A stretch of 64,000 bases of DNA from Eledone cirrhosa (lineage: Eukaryota): positions 197,966,001 to 198,030,000 of the forward strand of contig OZ024742.1 in the NCBI GenBank assembly GCA_964016885.1, given 5' to 3'. How positions within the stretch are numbered: position 1 is the stretch's first letter; each line of letters opens with the position of its first letter. The notes beneath the pieces were generated by a model, which was not told the origin of the DNA, did not search any database, and was given only the letters and a program-made list of their open reading frames with translations. The position numbers and the translations under genes are program-made. Positions 1-14,206 of the stretch are shown piece after piece.

Positions 1-407
1 GTATATGTATATATATATATATGTATATGTGTGTATATATATATATGTATATATATATATGTATATATATATGTATATGTATATATATATATTGTTATAT
101 TTGGGGAGGGTCATATTTGCGTAATATTGCCAGAATTAATAACAGAACACACTCACTGTTTGGTTGGTTTTCGCTTCTCGCTGTCTTTTATATATATATA
201 TCTGCGATCTAACTTACTCGGTCCTCAATGTTGCCATTGACTGACCGGCGGTCAAAAATAATACAGATACAATATAGACAAACACATATATATATAGTTT
301 ACATAATTTACATAAATCTTTCGTTGCACATCTGCAACATCGTCAGTGGTGTTATATTCATTGTTCCTCCTGTTGTGTTGTATGTCTACGCCATTTTTTT
401 TTGTTCA

Positions 408-2453
408 TGCAACCCCACATCACCAACACGAGCGAAGTTGCACAACTAACACACGATGGGAGAGAAAAAATCCTCAACGCTCACATGATGATGTGGACTG
501 ACATCCTAAAGCCAAGCAGACGCACTGCCAACAACTTCCAGGCGTCTAACAATGGCATACCACCCTTGTATGGGCTCCGCAAAGACCACAAGACAGTCGA
601 CGACCCGACAACGGAGCTAATATAGCTAGCAACTACAGGATCTCCTACTTCCTCTCAATGGTTATACGCCCCATAATCAAGATGTCCCCAGATGTATGTG
701 AAAGTACAGAGGACCTCCTCAGCAGAATCAGTGAGTGCAACAAAAACAGGAGCCTATCCAACTGCATAATAGGCAGCATGGATGTGGTGTCACTGTACCC
801 ATCCATCAACATTGATTTTGCTGTGAAAAGATGTGTGGAGATGATCATTGAGAGTGAGGTGGAGTTCTGCGACGTCGACACAGACGAACTGGGCCTCCTA
901 CTTAGACTTACCTACGACACTGACTACCTACACAGCCATGACCTTAGATGTTTCTGCCCTAGTAGACCTATAAGAGGTAGACCCCCCACCATAACCTCAA
1001 TGGCTAAAAAGACTCCCATAGGAAGGTGGATTGGGTGGACCAAAGCTATACGGACCCCCAAAACACTGATCAGGTAAGAAAAATGGTCGCACATGCAATA
1101 GGGGCTAGTATCAAAACTACCCTAAAGGGCCACATATTTAAGTTCAATGAGAAAATCTACACCCAAAATGAAGGAGCAGCCATCGGCGTCAGCATAGCTG
1201 GTGATGTTGCCAACCTTTTCATGGTATGGTGGGAAAGGAGACTTAAAGATCTCCTCCTTAATGAAAGCTCCATAGACCTCATCATGTACTCTCGTTATGT
1301 AGACGATATCAATATAGTTATAAGAACACCCCCACTAGAGAGCACTAACAAGTTTGATTTAGAACGTAGCACGATGGAAAGCATCCAGCAGATAGCTAAT
1401 TCCATACACCAGAGTATAACTGTAACTATAGACTTCCCTTCCAAACACCCTAACAATAGACTACCTGTATTAGACACAGAACTCTGGATTAACACTATAG
1501 ACGAGAGAGCCCAAATTCTCCACTCACACTATGCTAAACCCATGGCCTCCAAATACCTGATACTCAAAAACTCAGCAATGTCCAGTAGTGCTAAGTTTAA
1601 TATTCTGATCGCAGATTTGGTACGAGTGATGAAGAATATGTCCAGCATGTGCGACCCAACAGAAATGGAAGGACACATCCAACACTTCATCAACGGCATG
1701 CAGTTCTCTGGCTACAACCAAAGAGACAGAGTCAGAGTATACGAAGGAGCCATGGAAAAGTATAAGACCCTCATAGAACTGGACATGAAAGGAATTTGCC
1801 CACTATACAGGAGCAAATCATGGAATAGCTTAGATAGGGCTAGACATAAGATAGGGAAGGCCACATCATGGTACGACAACCAGAGATATCAGAGTGTCAT
1901 GTTTGTGGACGCCACCCCTGGAGGGAAATTAGCTAACCAGTGTAGAAAGGCCCTGAGAAAGACCCACTTAAAAATAAAGGTGGTAGAAAAGCCAGGAACC
2001 ACCATAAAATCCCTGATCAGCAAAACCTACCCTTTTAAGAAAACCCACTGTACCAATAGGAAATGTATCATATGTAAGGTGAACCCCCGGATAAACTGTA
2101 AAACTAGAAACGTAGTCTATAGCATAAGATGTACAGAGGGTACTTGCAGAAACACGACAACAACATACATAGGTGAGACAGCTCGTAGCATAGGTGAAAG
2201 GATAGATCAACACTGGGGGGAACTAAAAGGACGAAAAAACGGGTCAGTACTATACGAACATGCTAGACAACAACATGACAGTAACATAGACAACATAGAA
2301 ATTAGAATAATATCTAAACATAGGAATGACCCAGCAGATAGGCAAATCAGAGAGGCCAGTGAAATAGAAATTAGAAGACCAAAGCTAAACAGAAAGAATG
2401 AGTGGAACAACAACAACACCCAAACAAACAACACTGACCTAAGAGAAGTATAA
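408..2453 (+). pseudogene. PLE reverse transcriptase / GIY-YIG endonuclease, frameshifted and N-terminally truncated
   Basis: Consecutive ORFs 401-625 (LYGLRKDHK), 658-1077 (SMDVVSLYPSI) and 1026-2453 (GAAIG, RYVDD, CxxxxCxxC linker, [22 protein letters not shown]). Confidence 0.9.
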
Positions 2454-2724
2454 ATAATTAAGTAAATAAAATAAAATAAATAAAATAAGATAAATAAATA
2501 CATACACAAGCACATAAACACACACTAGTCACCCAGCAGACACAACACTATACACACTAGTCACACATCACACATAACACTATACACACACGCAAACGCA
2601 TGCGCAAAGAAGACAAAATAAAATAAGATAAACAAACAAGCAAATAAATAAATAAATATATAGACAGACTGAACAAAAAAAAAATGGCGTAGACATACAA
2701 CACAACAGGAGGAACAATGAATAT

Positions 2725-2770
2725 AACACCACTGACGATGTTGCAGATGTGCAACGAAAGATTTATGTAA
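2725..2770 (+). ncRNA. Hammerhead ribozyme motif (type I, degenerate stem I) in PLE-A pLTR; mirror copy ~308-353 on minus
   Basis: CTGACGA-T-GTTGCA-gatg-TGCAAC-GAAA-G-AT-TTA. It sits at the same relative position as the well-formed HHR at 31009-31053, but stem I pairs only 2 bp. Confidence 0.55.
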
Positions 2771-3071
2771 ATTATGTAAACTATATATATATGTGTTTGT
2801 CTATATTGTATCTGTATTATTTTTGACCGCCGGTCAGTCAATGGCAACATTGAGGACCGAGTAAGTTAGATCGCAGATATATATATATAAAAGACAGCGA
2901 GAAGCGAAAACCAACCAAACAATGAGTGTGTTCTGTTATTAATTCTGGCAATATTACGCAAATATGACCCTCCCCAAATATAACAATATCTGTTTCGACA
3001 CACGATTTCATATAAAAAACCTCGCAAAACTAATTCATCGCCGCTATATATATATATGTATATATATATGT

Positions 3072-3105
<34 letters not shown>

Positions 3106-3214
3106 GTGTGTATATATATATATGTATATATATGTATATATATGTATATATACATATGTGTGTATATATGTATATATATATATGTATACATATATATGTG
3201 TGTATATATATATG

Positions 3215-3339
<125 letters not shown>

Positions 3340-3370
3340 GTATATATATATATGTATATATATTTATATG

Positions 3371-3402
<32 letters not shown>

Positions 3403-3636
3403 TATGTATATAAATAAATATATATATTTAAAAAAAAATAAGACTCCAGTTGCATTTTCGATTTCATCTCTTTTTCTTTATACTTTCACTCGTGTAGGAC
3501 ACCTCGGTTATTTTTCAATTTGTAAAAAAACCCTCACTTTCTAATATATATATGTATATATATATGTATATATATATATATGTGTATATATATGGATATA
3601 TATATATATGTATATATATATGCATATGTGTATATG

Positions 3637-3667
<31 letters not shown>

Positions 3668-3719
3668 GTATATATATATGTATATATATATATATGCATG
3701 TGTGTATATGTATATATAT

Positions 3720-3789
<70 letters not shown>

Positions 3790-3833
3790 AAATAAATAAT
3801 GAACAAACAATTCCTTATATTAAACAAAAAAAG

Positions 3834-3988
3834 TTCACTATTTAACGATCGTTTCTAGGGCATATATGTGCTATAATTGGTATGCATATTTAACAGATCT
3901 ATGTACAAAATTATACAAAATTATACAAATTATCAAGATTAAATATACATACCTAACTCATATATACGCCGTCTTCAGAAATAATGAA
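3834..3988 (-). ncRNA. Hammerhead ribozyme with long stem II (mirror copy of 16194-16348)
   Basis: Exact reverse complement of the plus-strand motif. Confidence 0.75.
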
Positions 3989-4759
3989 GTATATTTATTG
4001 ATAATAACAACAATTCAAAATATCAGTTCAAAATTGACCAATGAAAACACAAAGGGTTAAAAAGCAGTTTGGTGTGTGTATATACATGTAAAACCCCACA
4101 CACATTTTACAATAATGTGTGTATAATATGTATGTGCATACTAAAAAGATGGATGCAAATAAAAAATTTCAAGGTTAATATCTCTGTAAGCTTAATGCGC
4201 TGATAAGATACGCAATGATACTTATGTAGTCAAGCATATAAATATATTTTTTCTTCATACTCACACATATCAGTATAATCACACATACATGTGCGCATAT
4301 ATATAAAAATATACACATAACCACGAACACACAAACACACACACACCCCCCACTCACATTTATATATGTGGATATAAAATCATAAGCAAATAGAAATTAA
4401 GTCACTCACATAAACACACTGATACATACATTTCAAGATCAAGATACAGAAATTAGGTGGGAGGGGGGGGGAGGGGTCAGTATTAGGTTGTCAGACCAGA
4501 CAGCCTAATATAAATGTATCTATAAATTATGAAAAATAAAAAAATAAAAACAATAAAATATATTACATAATATAATGTACATACGCATACAGATATACAT
4601 ACACATACGTACATGTACGCGCACATAGAGATATCTACACATACATAGATACACACATACCTATAGTGTCCTACACACACATATATTTACACGAACATAC
4701 ACATACACATATAAAAAGATAAAAATACGGACACACACACGCGCAACACATACACACAT

Positions 4760-4806
<47 letters not shown>

Positions 4807-4916
4807 TATACACACACACACATAGACTCATATATATATATATACACATACATATACTTATACATAAACATATATATTCCACACTCATACCACCATGAAA
4901 ACACATACAAACATCC

Positions 4917-4955
<39 letters not shown>

Positions 4956-5014
4956 TATGTATATATATAAACATACACACACGTACACATATATGCATAT
5001 ATACATACACATAT

Positions 5015-5045
<31 letters not shown>

Positions 5046-5070
5046 CACACACACATAAAATACAGACATG

Positions 5071-5109
<39 letters not shown>

Positions 5110-5201
5110 TTCATTACCTTTATATATACACATAGTATATATACATACACAACCTCACTTATACACATATACACATAAGTTATATTACAATAATAATAAA
5201 G

Positions 5202-5238
<37 letters not shown>

Positions 5239-5975
5239 TATACACACATATACACATATACATACATACACATACATATACATACATACATACACATACA
5301 TACATACACCTAAATATAAACATATATAAATACACACATACGAATAAAGACATATATTCACACATAGACACCTATATACACATATATATATATATATATA
5401 TAAACATATACATATATATCTATATACACACACATACACATACATACACATATATATATATATATATATACACATATATACACACGCACACACATACAGA
5501 CTCGCATACACACTCACATATATATATATATATATATATACATATATATGTGTGTATGTGAGTGTGCGCAAATACATACATATATATACACACACACATA
5601 TAAACACACACAAACACATACATATGCATACATGCACACACACACACATATATCACATAGATACGAAGATAAACATATAAATAGAGAGACATACACATAT
5701 ATACAGAACCCATATACACATACATGCAAACACGCATATACATATATACATATATACACACATATATATTCCTATATACAAGCATACACATACGCACACA
5801 TATATACATATACCTACACATATATATACACCACACATTCACATACACGTACATATATAATACATATATATACATACATATACATACATATGTATGTACA
5901 ATCATATATACACACTCAATCTTACATTCATATTTACATGCTCATATATGTATTTTTATATCTAGAAATAAATAC

Positions 5976-6018
<43 letters not shown>

Positions 6019-7279
6019 ATATAGACACCCATCTACCCATATATTCATACATATACACTTACAAAAACAGATGATAATAGTATGGGGGAAAGGGGGGGGT
6101 TTGGAGAAGGGGATCAAAGTAAATATATGTTTCAAGAAACCTATAATATTTTCCATATCTTAATTCAATGTATGTTCTTACATATTTTCAATGCTAGGAA
6201 ATACGAAATCTATGCATCACAAAATAAAAAAGTATACCATTAATCATATGTCAACTAAACCAAAGATAGTCAACATATTGATTTCCAAGGTGTAAATTAG
6301 TTAGGTTTATAATATTTGAAGCAGAATTATGAAGTCAAACAGTAGTAAATTATTAATTACATTATAACTAAATTAAAGTTAATAATAGGGAAAAGAAACC
6401 CAAATAAAAATAAAATAAAGTATTACATCGGTAGTAGCATATAAATTATATGTAAACTAAGTTAAAAATTATATATTTATTTCAATAGTATATGTTAATT
6501 AGTATATGTTAATTAGGTATACAATACATAAAGCAGATATTGTATTTCATCAATAGCATAATATAATTATATGCAAATAAAAATCAAAATTAATACGCAT
6601 ACACATACATATACATACACATACACATACATATACATATACATACACATATATATATATATATATATACATATATATACACACGTACATACATATATAG
6701 TCACATAAATATACATACAGATACACATACAATACACACATATACATATACATATAGATATACATATCTTTTTCAAAAAATTTGCACAGAATATATTAAC
6801 TAGGTATATATCCAAAAACACCTCCCATTCTATGATTACATGAAATTCTGCAATTCGTCTGTACAAGGATACTAATTTTAAGCTAATTAAAATTAAAATT
6901 AAAGTTTTAGGTTGATTAAAGCTAAAACCAAATAATAAATATATTTCCAAAATGTATATTAATTAGGTCAATAATACTAAAAATTCTTTCTCCGTCATAG
7001 GATACATGATATTATTTTGTTATATTTTATCTGTAAAAGAATTATAATAAAAAAAATTTTATAATAAAAGGTTAAACTAAATTAAAAAATTATAATAAAA
7101 GGTTAAAATAAGTTAAAATTAATCTATAAATTAAATTACTGAATATATATTAGTAATATTTAAAGGTTTTTCAAAATTAATGATTACATAATATTTTCTC
7201 ATCTGTAATAAAATATTAATTAAATTAAATTTATAGGTTAACTAACATTTAAATTAAATTAAATTCTAGAATAATGTTA

Positions 7280-9722
7280 TTAATTAGGTTTATAATATTT
7301 AAATGTTTTTTTTAGTTTATGATTACACGATATAATTAATTCCTGTCTTTTATTTAATAAGATATCCCTAGACTTCATTATTTCAAATAGTTCTTGGGAA
7401 CATAATCTACATTCCTTTCTATTATTTTGATAAGGGGTGGCTCTTTTGAGCACACTCCAGGTCAAATCATATTTTATATTTTTATTTTTATAACTATTGA
7501 TTTTTTCTGCTAGAGATGTTGTATTAGCCAGTGCGGCATTTTTAAAGCTATGTTTGTGGGTATTATACCTTGTCTTAAAATTGTTAGAGGTAGCTCCTAT
7601 ATATGAGCAAATAGAATCTTTAGTTTTAACATTACATTTATAGACTATGTTGTTAACAAGACAATTCCCTTTTAATGGGCAGTTTGTTTTGTTTCTACAG
7701 TTACATCCTTTCGTTAATTCTGTATTTGAGGAGATATTATTGTTAATTTGATGTACTGGTGGTATACTTATAGTTTTCTTACATTTATATGCATTATATG
7801 CACTTATATTTTGTTTTATGTTATTTGTTGTAGAATATGAGAATTTAACTGTAGACCTATTTAAGATTTGATGGTATTTGTGGTTTGGCGGGAAGTTTTT
7901 CTCAAGGATATAAAAAAATTTTTTAGCAATATTATCCTTAACTTGTAAATTAAAAGGAGCATTATACCAAGTAACTCGTCTATTACGGTTTCTATGTTGT
8001 TTATTATTTTTATTATTTTTATATGTTGTATCATGATTTTTACTAGGAGGAATAATGTTAATGATCTCACCACAACTATTTTTAGTTATATTTGTAGATT
8101 TAGGTGTTTTATCTTTTTTATTAGGAGTTTTATTATTAATATTTATTATAGTCTTATGATGAGTAGTTTTTTGAGGGTTACTATACTTTATATTAGAAGA
8201 TTTAGTATTTTGGGGTATACTGTGGGTGGCATTTAGGTGTGTACCTTTCATTTGGTGTTTGTTGGTAATATTATGCTGTATGTTTTCAGTATTTTTAGTA
8301 GAAGTTATATACTCTAATCTATTTTTGTGGCCACTTCTATCTAGAGCTTCATTATAAAAGGTCGCATTTTTATCAAATACATCTTGGTTAGAAGAAAGGT
8401 TAGAAATTCTAAGTGATATATTATATGCAAGGTTTTTTAAGGATAGATTTAGGGTGATTAGATTGTGAGTGTATGTAATGTAAGTTTTGGTTAGGTTTAT
8501 GGTAAGGTTGGTATATACCCGTAGCTAAATCTAAAGTTATATCTAGGAAATTTACTACTTTACTTGTTTTTTCAAAAGTAATATTAAGATTATAATAGTC
8601 CTTAAGGAAAGTTCTAATATGCTTTTTGTTTTTTTCGATTTCTGAAAGGCTAAGGTTGTTAGAAAGAAGAAGACAGTCATCACGATATAAACCACCTTTG
8701 AGGTGGGGAAAAGAGGCATTTATGTTGAAAAGGAGAAAGAGGCCCACAAGATCAGTAATTTGGGCAGAATCGCTTGAACCCATAGTAATATCAAAAAGAT
8801 TACAATAAGTGTTTCTGGTCCAGTATTCATTCTGAAATTCAATAAGTGTTTGTCTAGCATGTGTAATAATGTTAATGTCATCCGAAGTTAAATTAGATCT
8901 ATTTTTAGCAAATATTAATGCTTTGTTCAGGAGTATGGGTGATATAGAAGAATAATAGTTATCTATATCAAACTGTAGGAAAGAAGCAGAAGATTTACAC
9001 CTAATATTTTTAAACCAATTAATTACCTGGGAGGTGTTTTCCCAGAGTGGTAAAATAACGTATTTTCTTATTTGTGGGATGACTCTATCTAAAATTTTTT
9101 TGCTAATTATTCCAATATCTGATTTGGAGGGACATATAAGTCTAATAGAAGGATTAGAGTTAAAGTTAGATTTGTGATCTTTCAGGTTAAAGTGTGGACT
9201 TCTCAATGCCAAAGGTTCAGTTCTATCTTCAATATTTAGTTTTTTTACTATGTTGTGTGTTTTGTTGTTGATGTTGGTGAGTGACGCGTTATTAGATTTT
9301 TTATAACTTTTTCTGAGTTCTTTATATATGAACTCATTATAATGTTCGATATCCATATGATACAAGTTACCAGTTTTGTCCGAGTGGACATGGATTTTTT
9401 TAGACTTTTTTAGGTCCAATAGGGTAGAATCAAGGTCCTTTTGAAAGACGGATTTATACTTTTTAAATTTGAGATGTTTAATTAAATTAAAAAGGTCTTT
9501 CTCGAAGTCTTCAAGTAAAAAGTTGTGTGGTGGATTCTTGTAAGTGTTGAAATCATACATATATTTCCGATCTGCTTGTTTAGATTTTCTATCAAAGTGG
9601 TAGGCTCTCCATCTAACCCTTCTGATAAAATTATTAGTTTTCTGAATCATAAGGAGTAAGAAGTCGTCCTTAGAAGGTATTGGTATGTTTTTTAAGGAGG
9701 TTCCTAAATATTGTTTTTCCAT
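7280..9722 (-). pseudogene. Naiad RT/GIY-YIG ORF with a single +1 frameshift
   Basis: ORFs 8421-9743 and 7280-8251 match the intact plus-strand protein. A6 versus A5 at ..SILKK/SILKN could be a homopolymer sequencing error. Confidence 0.85.
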
Positions 9723-10399
9723 TGTGATATGGATGATGGACAATTGAAAGAGCTCAACTAAATGTATATGGGTTTACAAAATCATACATATATATATGTA
9801 TATACATAAATATAAAATTAATACACACATACAGTACAAAAATACGAATATTTCCGTGAAAATAGGAGCAAAATTATGTAGATAAATCTACCAAGAGTTT
9901 ACGGTAGTGTCCAATCCGTATGAAGAACTCAATGTATTCCGGATATCATGGAAAGAAGAGATGTAATGAAAATCCAATTTCGGTGAAAGATAAACGGTAT
10001 ACAGAGTCAAGATAAAATAAATAATGAACAAACAATTCCTTATATTAAACAAAAAAAGTTCACTATTTTTTGTTTAATATAAGGAATTGTTTGTTCATTA
10101 TTTATTTTATCTTGACTCTGTATACCGTTTATCTTTCACCGAAATTGGATTTTCATTACATCTCTTCTTTCCATGATATCCGGAATACATTGAGTTCTTC
10201 ATACGGATTGGACACTACCGTAAACTCTTGGTAGATTTATCTACATAATTTTGCTCCTATTTTCACGGAAATATTCGTATTTTTGTACTGTATGTGTGTA
10301 TTAATTTTATATTTATGTATATACATATATATATGTATGATTTTGTAAACCCATATACATTTAGTTGAGCTCTTTCAATTGTCCATCATCCATATCACA

Positions 10400-12841
10400 A
10401 TGGAAAAACAATATTTAGGAACCTCCTTAAAAAACATACCAATACCTTCTAAGGACGACTTCTTACTCCTTATGATTCAGAAAACTAATAATTTTATCAG
10501 AAGGGTTAGATGGAGAGCCTACCACTTTGATAGAAAATCTAAACAAGCAGATCGGAAATATATGTATGATTTCAACACTTACAAGAATCCACCACACAAC
10601 TTTTTACTTGAAGACTTCGAGAAAGACCTTTTTAATTTAATTAAACATCTCAAATTTAAAAAGTATAAATCCGTCTTTCAAAAGGACCTTGATTCTACCC
10701 TATTGGACCTAAAAAAGTCTAAAAAAATCCATGTCCACTCGGACAAAACTGGTAACTTGTATCATATGGATATCGAACATTATAATGAGTTCATATATAA
10801 AGAACTCAGAAAAAGTTATAAAAAATCTAATAACGCGTCACTCACCAACATCAACAACAAAACACACAACATAGTAAAAAAACTAAATATTGAAGATAGA
10901 ACTGAACCTTTGGCATTGAGAAGTCCACACTTTAACCTGAAAGATCACAAATCTAACTTTAACTCTAATCCTTCTATTAGACTTATATGTCCCTCCAAAT
11001 CAGATATTGGAATAATTAGCAAAAAAATTTTAGATAGAGTCATCCCACAAATAAGAAAATACGTTATTTTACCACTCTGGGAAAACACCTCCCAGGTAAT
11101 TAATTGGTTTAAAAATATTAGGTGTAAATCTTCTGCTTCTTTCCTACAGTTTGATATAGATAACTATTATTCTTCTATATCACCCATACTCCTGAACAAA
11201 GCATTAATATTTGCTAAAAATAGATCTAATTTAACTTCGGATGACATTAACATTATTACACATGCTAGACAAACACTTATTGAATTTCAGAATGAATACT
11301 GGACCAGAAACACTTATTGTAATCTTTTTGATATTACTATGGGTTCAAGCGATTCTGCCCAAATTACTGATCTTGTGGGCCTCTTTCTCCTTTTCAACAT
11401 AAATGCCTCTTTTCCCCACCTCAAAGGTGGTTTATATCGTGATGACTGTCTTCTTCTTTCTAACAACCTTAGCCTTTCAGAAATCGAAAAAAACAAAAAG
11501 CATATTAGAACTTTCCTTAAGGACTATTATAATCTTAATATTACTTTTGAAAAAACAAGTAAAGTAGTAAATTTCCTAGATATAACTTTAGATTTAGCTA
11601 CGGGTATATACCAACCTTACCATAAACCTAACCAAAACTTACATTACATACACTCACAATCTAATCACCCTAAATCTATCCTTAAAAACCTTGCATATAA
11701 TATATCACTTAGAATTTCTAACCTTTCTTCTAACCAAGATGTATTTGATAAAAATGCGACCTTTTATAATGAAGCTCTAGATAGAAGTGGCCACAAAAAT
11801 AGATTAGAGTATATAACTTCTACTAAAAATACTGAAAACATACAGCATAATATTACCAACAAACACCAAATGAAAGGTACACACCTAAATGCCACCCACA
11901 GTATACCCCAAAATACTAAATCTTCTAATATAAAGTATAGTAACCCTCAAAAAACTACTCATCATAAGACTATAATAAATATTAATAATAAAACTCCTAA
12001 TAAAAAAGATAAAACACCTAAATCTACAAATATAACTAAAAATAGTTGTGGTGAGATCATTAACATTATTCCTCCTAGTAAAAATCATGATACAACATAT
12101 AAAAATAATAAAAATAATAAACAACATAGAAACCGTAATAGACGAGTTACTTGGTATAATGCTCCTTTTAATTTACAAGTTAAGGATAATATTGCTAAAA
12201 AATTTTTTTATATCCTTGAGAAAAACTTCCCGCCAAACCACAAATACCATCAAATCTTAAATAGGTCTACAGTTAAATTCTCATATTCTACAACAAATAA
12301 CATAAAACAAAATATAAGTGCATATAATGCATATAAATGTAAGAAAACTATAAGTATACCACCAGTACATCAAATTAACAATAATATCTCCTCAAATACA
12401 GAATTAACGAAAGGATGTAACTGTAGAAACAAAACAAACTGCCCATTAAAAGGGAATTGTCTTGTTAACAACATAGTCTATAAATGTAATGTTAAAACTA
12501 AAGATTCTATTTGCTCATATATAGGAGCTACCTCTAACAATTTTAAGACAAGGTATAATACCCACAAACATAGCTTTAAAAATGCCGCACTGGCTAATAC
12601 AACATCTCTAGCAGAAAAAATCAATAGTTATAAAAATAAAAATATAAAATATGATTTGACCTGGAGTGTGCTCAAAAGAGCCACCCCTTATCAAAATAAT
12701 AGAAAGGAATGTAGATTATGTTCCCAAGAACTATTTGAAATAATGAAGTCTAGGGATATCTTATTAAATAAAAGACAGGAATTAATTATATCGTGTAATC
12801 ATAAACTAAAAAAAACATTTAAATATTATAAACCTAATTAA
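10400..12841 (+). CDS. Intact Naiad-clade Penelope-like RT + GIY-YIG endonuclease (813 aa from ATG 10400)
   Basis: Motifs SLKNIPIPS, DKT, LKDHK..NP..RLI.P.KS.IG.ISK.ILD, FDIDNYYSSI, MGS.DSA, GLYRDD, VNFLD, SNHP, CNC..CPL.G.C, IVY..YIG...FKTRY..H and C-terminal CxxC..LNKR.E...C.H. Confidence 0.93.
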   Translation: MEKQYLGTSLKNIPIPSKDDFLLLMIQKTNNFIRRVRWRAYHFDRKSKQADRKYMYDFNTYKNPPHNFLLEDFEKDLFNLIKHLKFKKYKSVFQKDLDSTLLDLKKSKKIHVHSDKTGNLYHMDIEHYNEFIYKELRKSYKKSNNASLTNINNKTHNIVKKLNIEDRTEPLALRSPHFNLKDHKSNFNSNPSIRLICPSKSDIGIISKKILDRVIPQIRKYVILPLWENTSQVINWFKNIRCKSSASFLQFDIDNYYSSISPILLNKALIFAKNRSNLTSDDINIITHARQTLIEFQNEYWTRNTYCNLFDITMGSSDSAQITDLVGLFLLFNINASFPHLKGGLYRDDCLLLSNNLSLSEIEKNKKHIRTFLKDYYNLNITFEKTSKVVNFLDITLDLATGIYQPYHKPNQNLHYIHSQSNHPKSILKNLAYNISLRISNLSSNQDVFDKNATFYNEALDRSGHKNRLEYITSTKNTENIQHNITNKHQMKGTHLNATHSIPQNTKSSNIKYSNPQKTTHHKTIININNKTPNKKDKTPKSTNITKNSCGEIINIIPPSKNHDTTYKNNKNNKQHRNRNRRVTWYNAPFNLQVKDNIAKKFFYILEKNFPPNHKYHQILNRSTVKFSYSTTNNIKQNISAYNAYKCKKTISIPPVHQINNNISSNTELTKGCNCRNKTNCPLKGNCLVNNIVYKCNVKTKDSICSYIGATSNNFKTRYNTHKHSFKNAALANTTSLAEKINSYKNKNIKYDLTWSVLKRATPYQNNRKECRLCSQELFEIMKSRDILLNKRQELIISCNHKLKKTFKYYKPN

Positions 12842-14102
12842 TAACATTATTCTAGAATTTAATTTAATTTAAATGTTAGTTAACCTATAAATTTAATTTA
12901 ATTAATATTTTATTACAGATGAGAAAATATTATGTAATCATTAATTTTGAAAAACCTTTAAATATTACTAATATATATTCAGTAATTTAATTTATAGATT
13001 AATTTTAACTTATTTTAACCTTTTATTATAATTTTTTAATTTAGTTTAACCTTTTATTATAAAATTTTTTTTATTATAATTCTTTTACAGATAAAATATA
13101 ACAAAATAATATCATGTATCCTATGACGGAGAAAGAATTTTTAGTATTATTGACCTAATTAATATACATTTTGGAAATATATTTATTATTTGGTTTTAGC
13201 TTTAATCAACCTAAAACTTTAATTTTAATTTTAATTAGCTTAAAATTAGTATCCTTGTACAGACGAATTGCAGAATTTCATGTAATCATAGAATGGGAGG
13301 TGTTTTTGGATATATACCTAGTTAATATATTCTGTGCAAATTTTTTGAAAAAGATATGTATATCTATATGTATATGTATATGTGTGTATTGTATGTGTAT
13401 CTGTATGTATATTTATGTGACTATATATGTATGTACGTGTGTATATATATGTATATATATATATATATATATGTGTATGTATATGTATATGTATGTGTAT
13501 GTGTATGTATATGTATGTGTATGCGTATTAATTTTGATTTTTATTTGCATATAATTATATTATGCTATTGATGAAATACAATATCTGCTTTATGTATTGT
13601 ATACCTAATTAACATATACTAATTAACATATACTATTGAAATAAATATATAATTTTTAACTTAGTTTACATATAATTTATATGCTACTACCGATGTAATA
13701 CTTTATTTTATTTTTATTTGGGTTTCTTTTCCCTATTATTAACTTTAATTTAGTTATAATGTAATTAATAATTTACTACTGTTTGACTTCATAATTCTGC
13801 TTCAAATATTATAAACCTAACTAATTTACACCTTGGAAATCAATATGTTGACTATCTTTGGTTTAGTTGACATATGATTAATGGTATACTTTTTTATTTT
13901 GTGATGCATAGATTTCGTATTTCCTAGCATTGAAAATATGTAAGAACATACATTGAATTAAGATATGGAAAATATTATAGGTTTCTTGAAACATATATTT
14001 ACTTTGATCCCCTTCTCCAAACCCCCCCCTTTCCCCCATACTATTATCATCTGTTTTTGTAAGTGTATATGTATGAATATATGGGTAGATGGGTGTCTAT
14101 AT

Positions 14103-14206
<104 letters not shown>

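Larger units (their letters stand above)
91..3044 (+). mobile_element. 5'-truncated Penelope-like element (family PLE-A) with inverted 5' pseudo-LTR, inserted in (TA)n
   Basis: RT and GIY-YIG coding 408-2453. Segment 91-407 is the reverse complement of 2670-2987, and the 3' copy carries an extra ~57-nt tail to 3044. (TA)n lies on both sides. Confidence 0.9.
3787..10068 (-). mobile_element. Full-length Naiad-type PLE, left (minus) arm of palindrome
   Basis: Reverse complement of 10066-16395. Visible differences are one extra A in a homopolymer (~8433-8438) and poly-A 40 vs poly-T 101. The 3' end joins (TA)n. Confidence 0.92.

Noticed and set aside
10400-12841. Selenocysteine recoding as reported for some Naiads
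   Set aside because: The ORF is open without in-frame UGA and ends in TAA after the conserved C-terminus.
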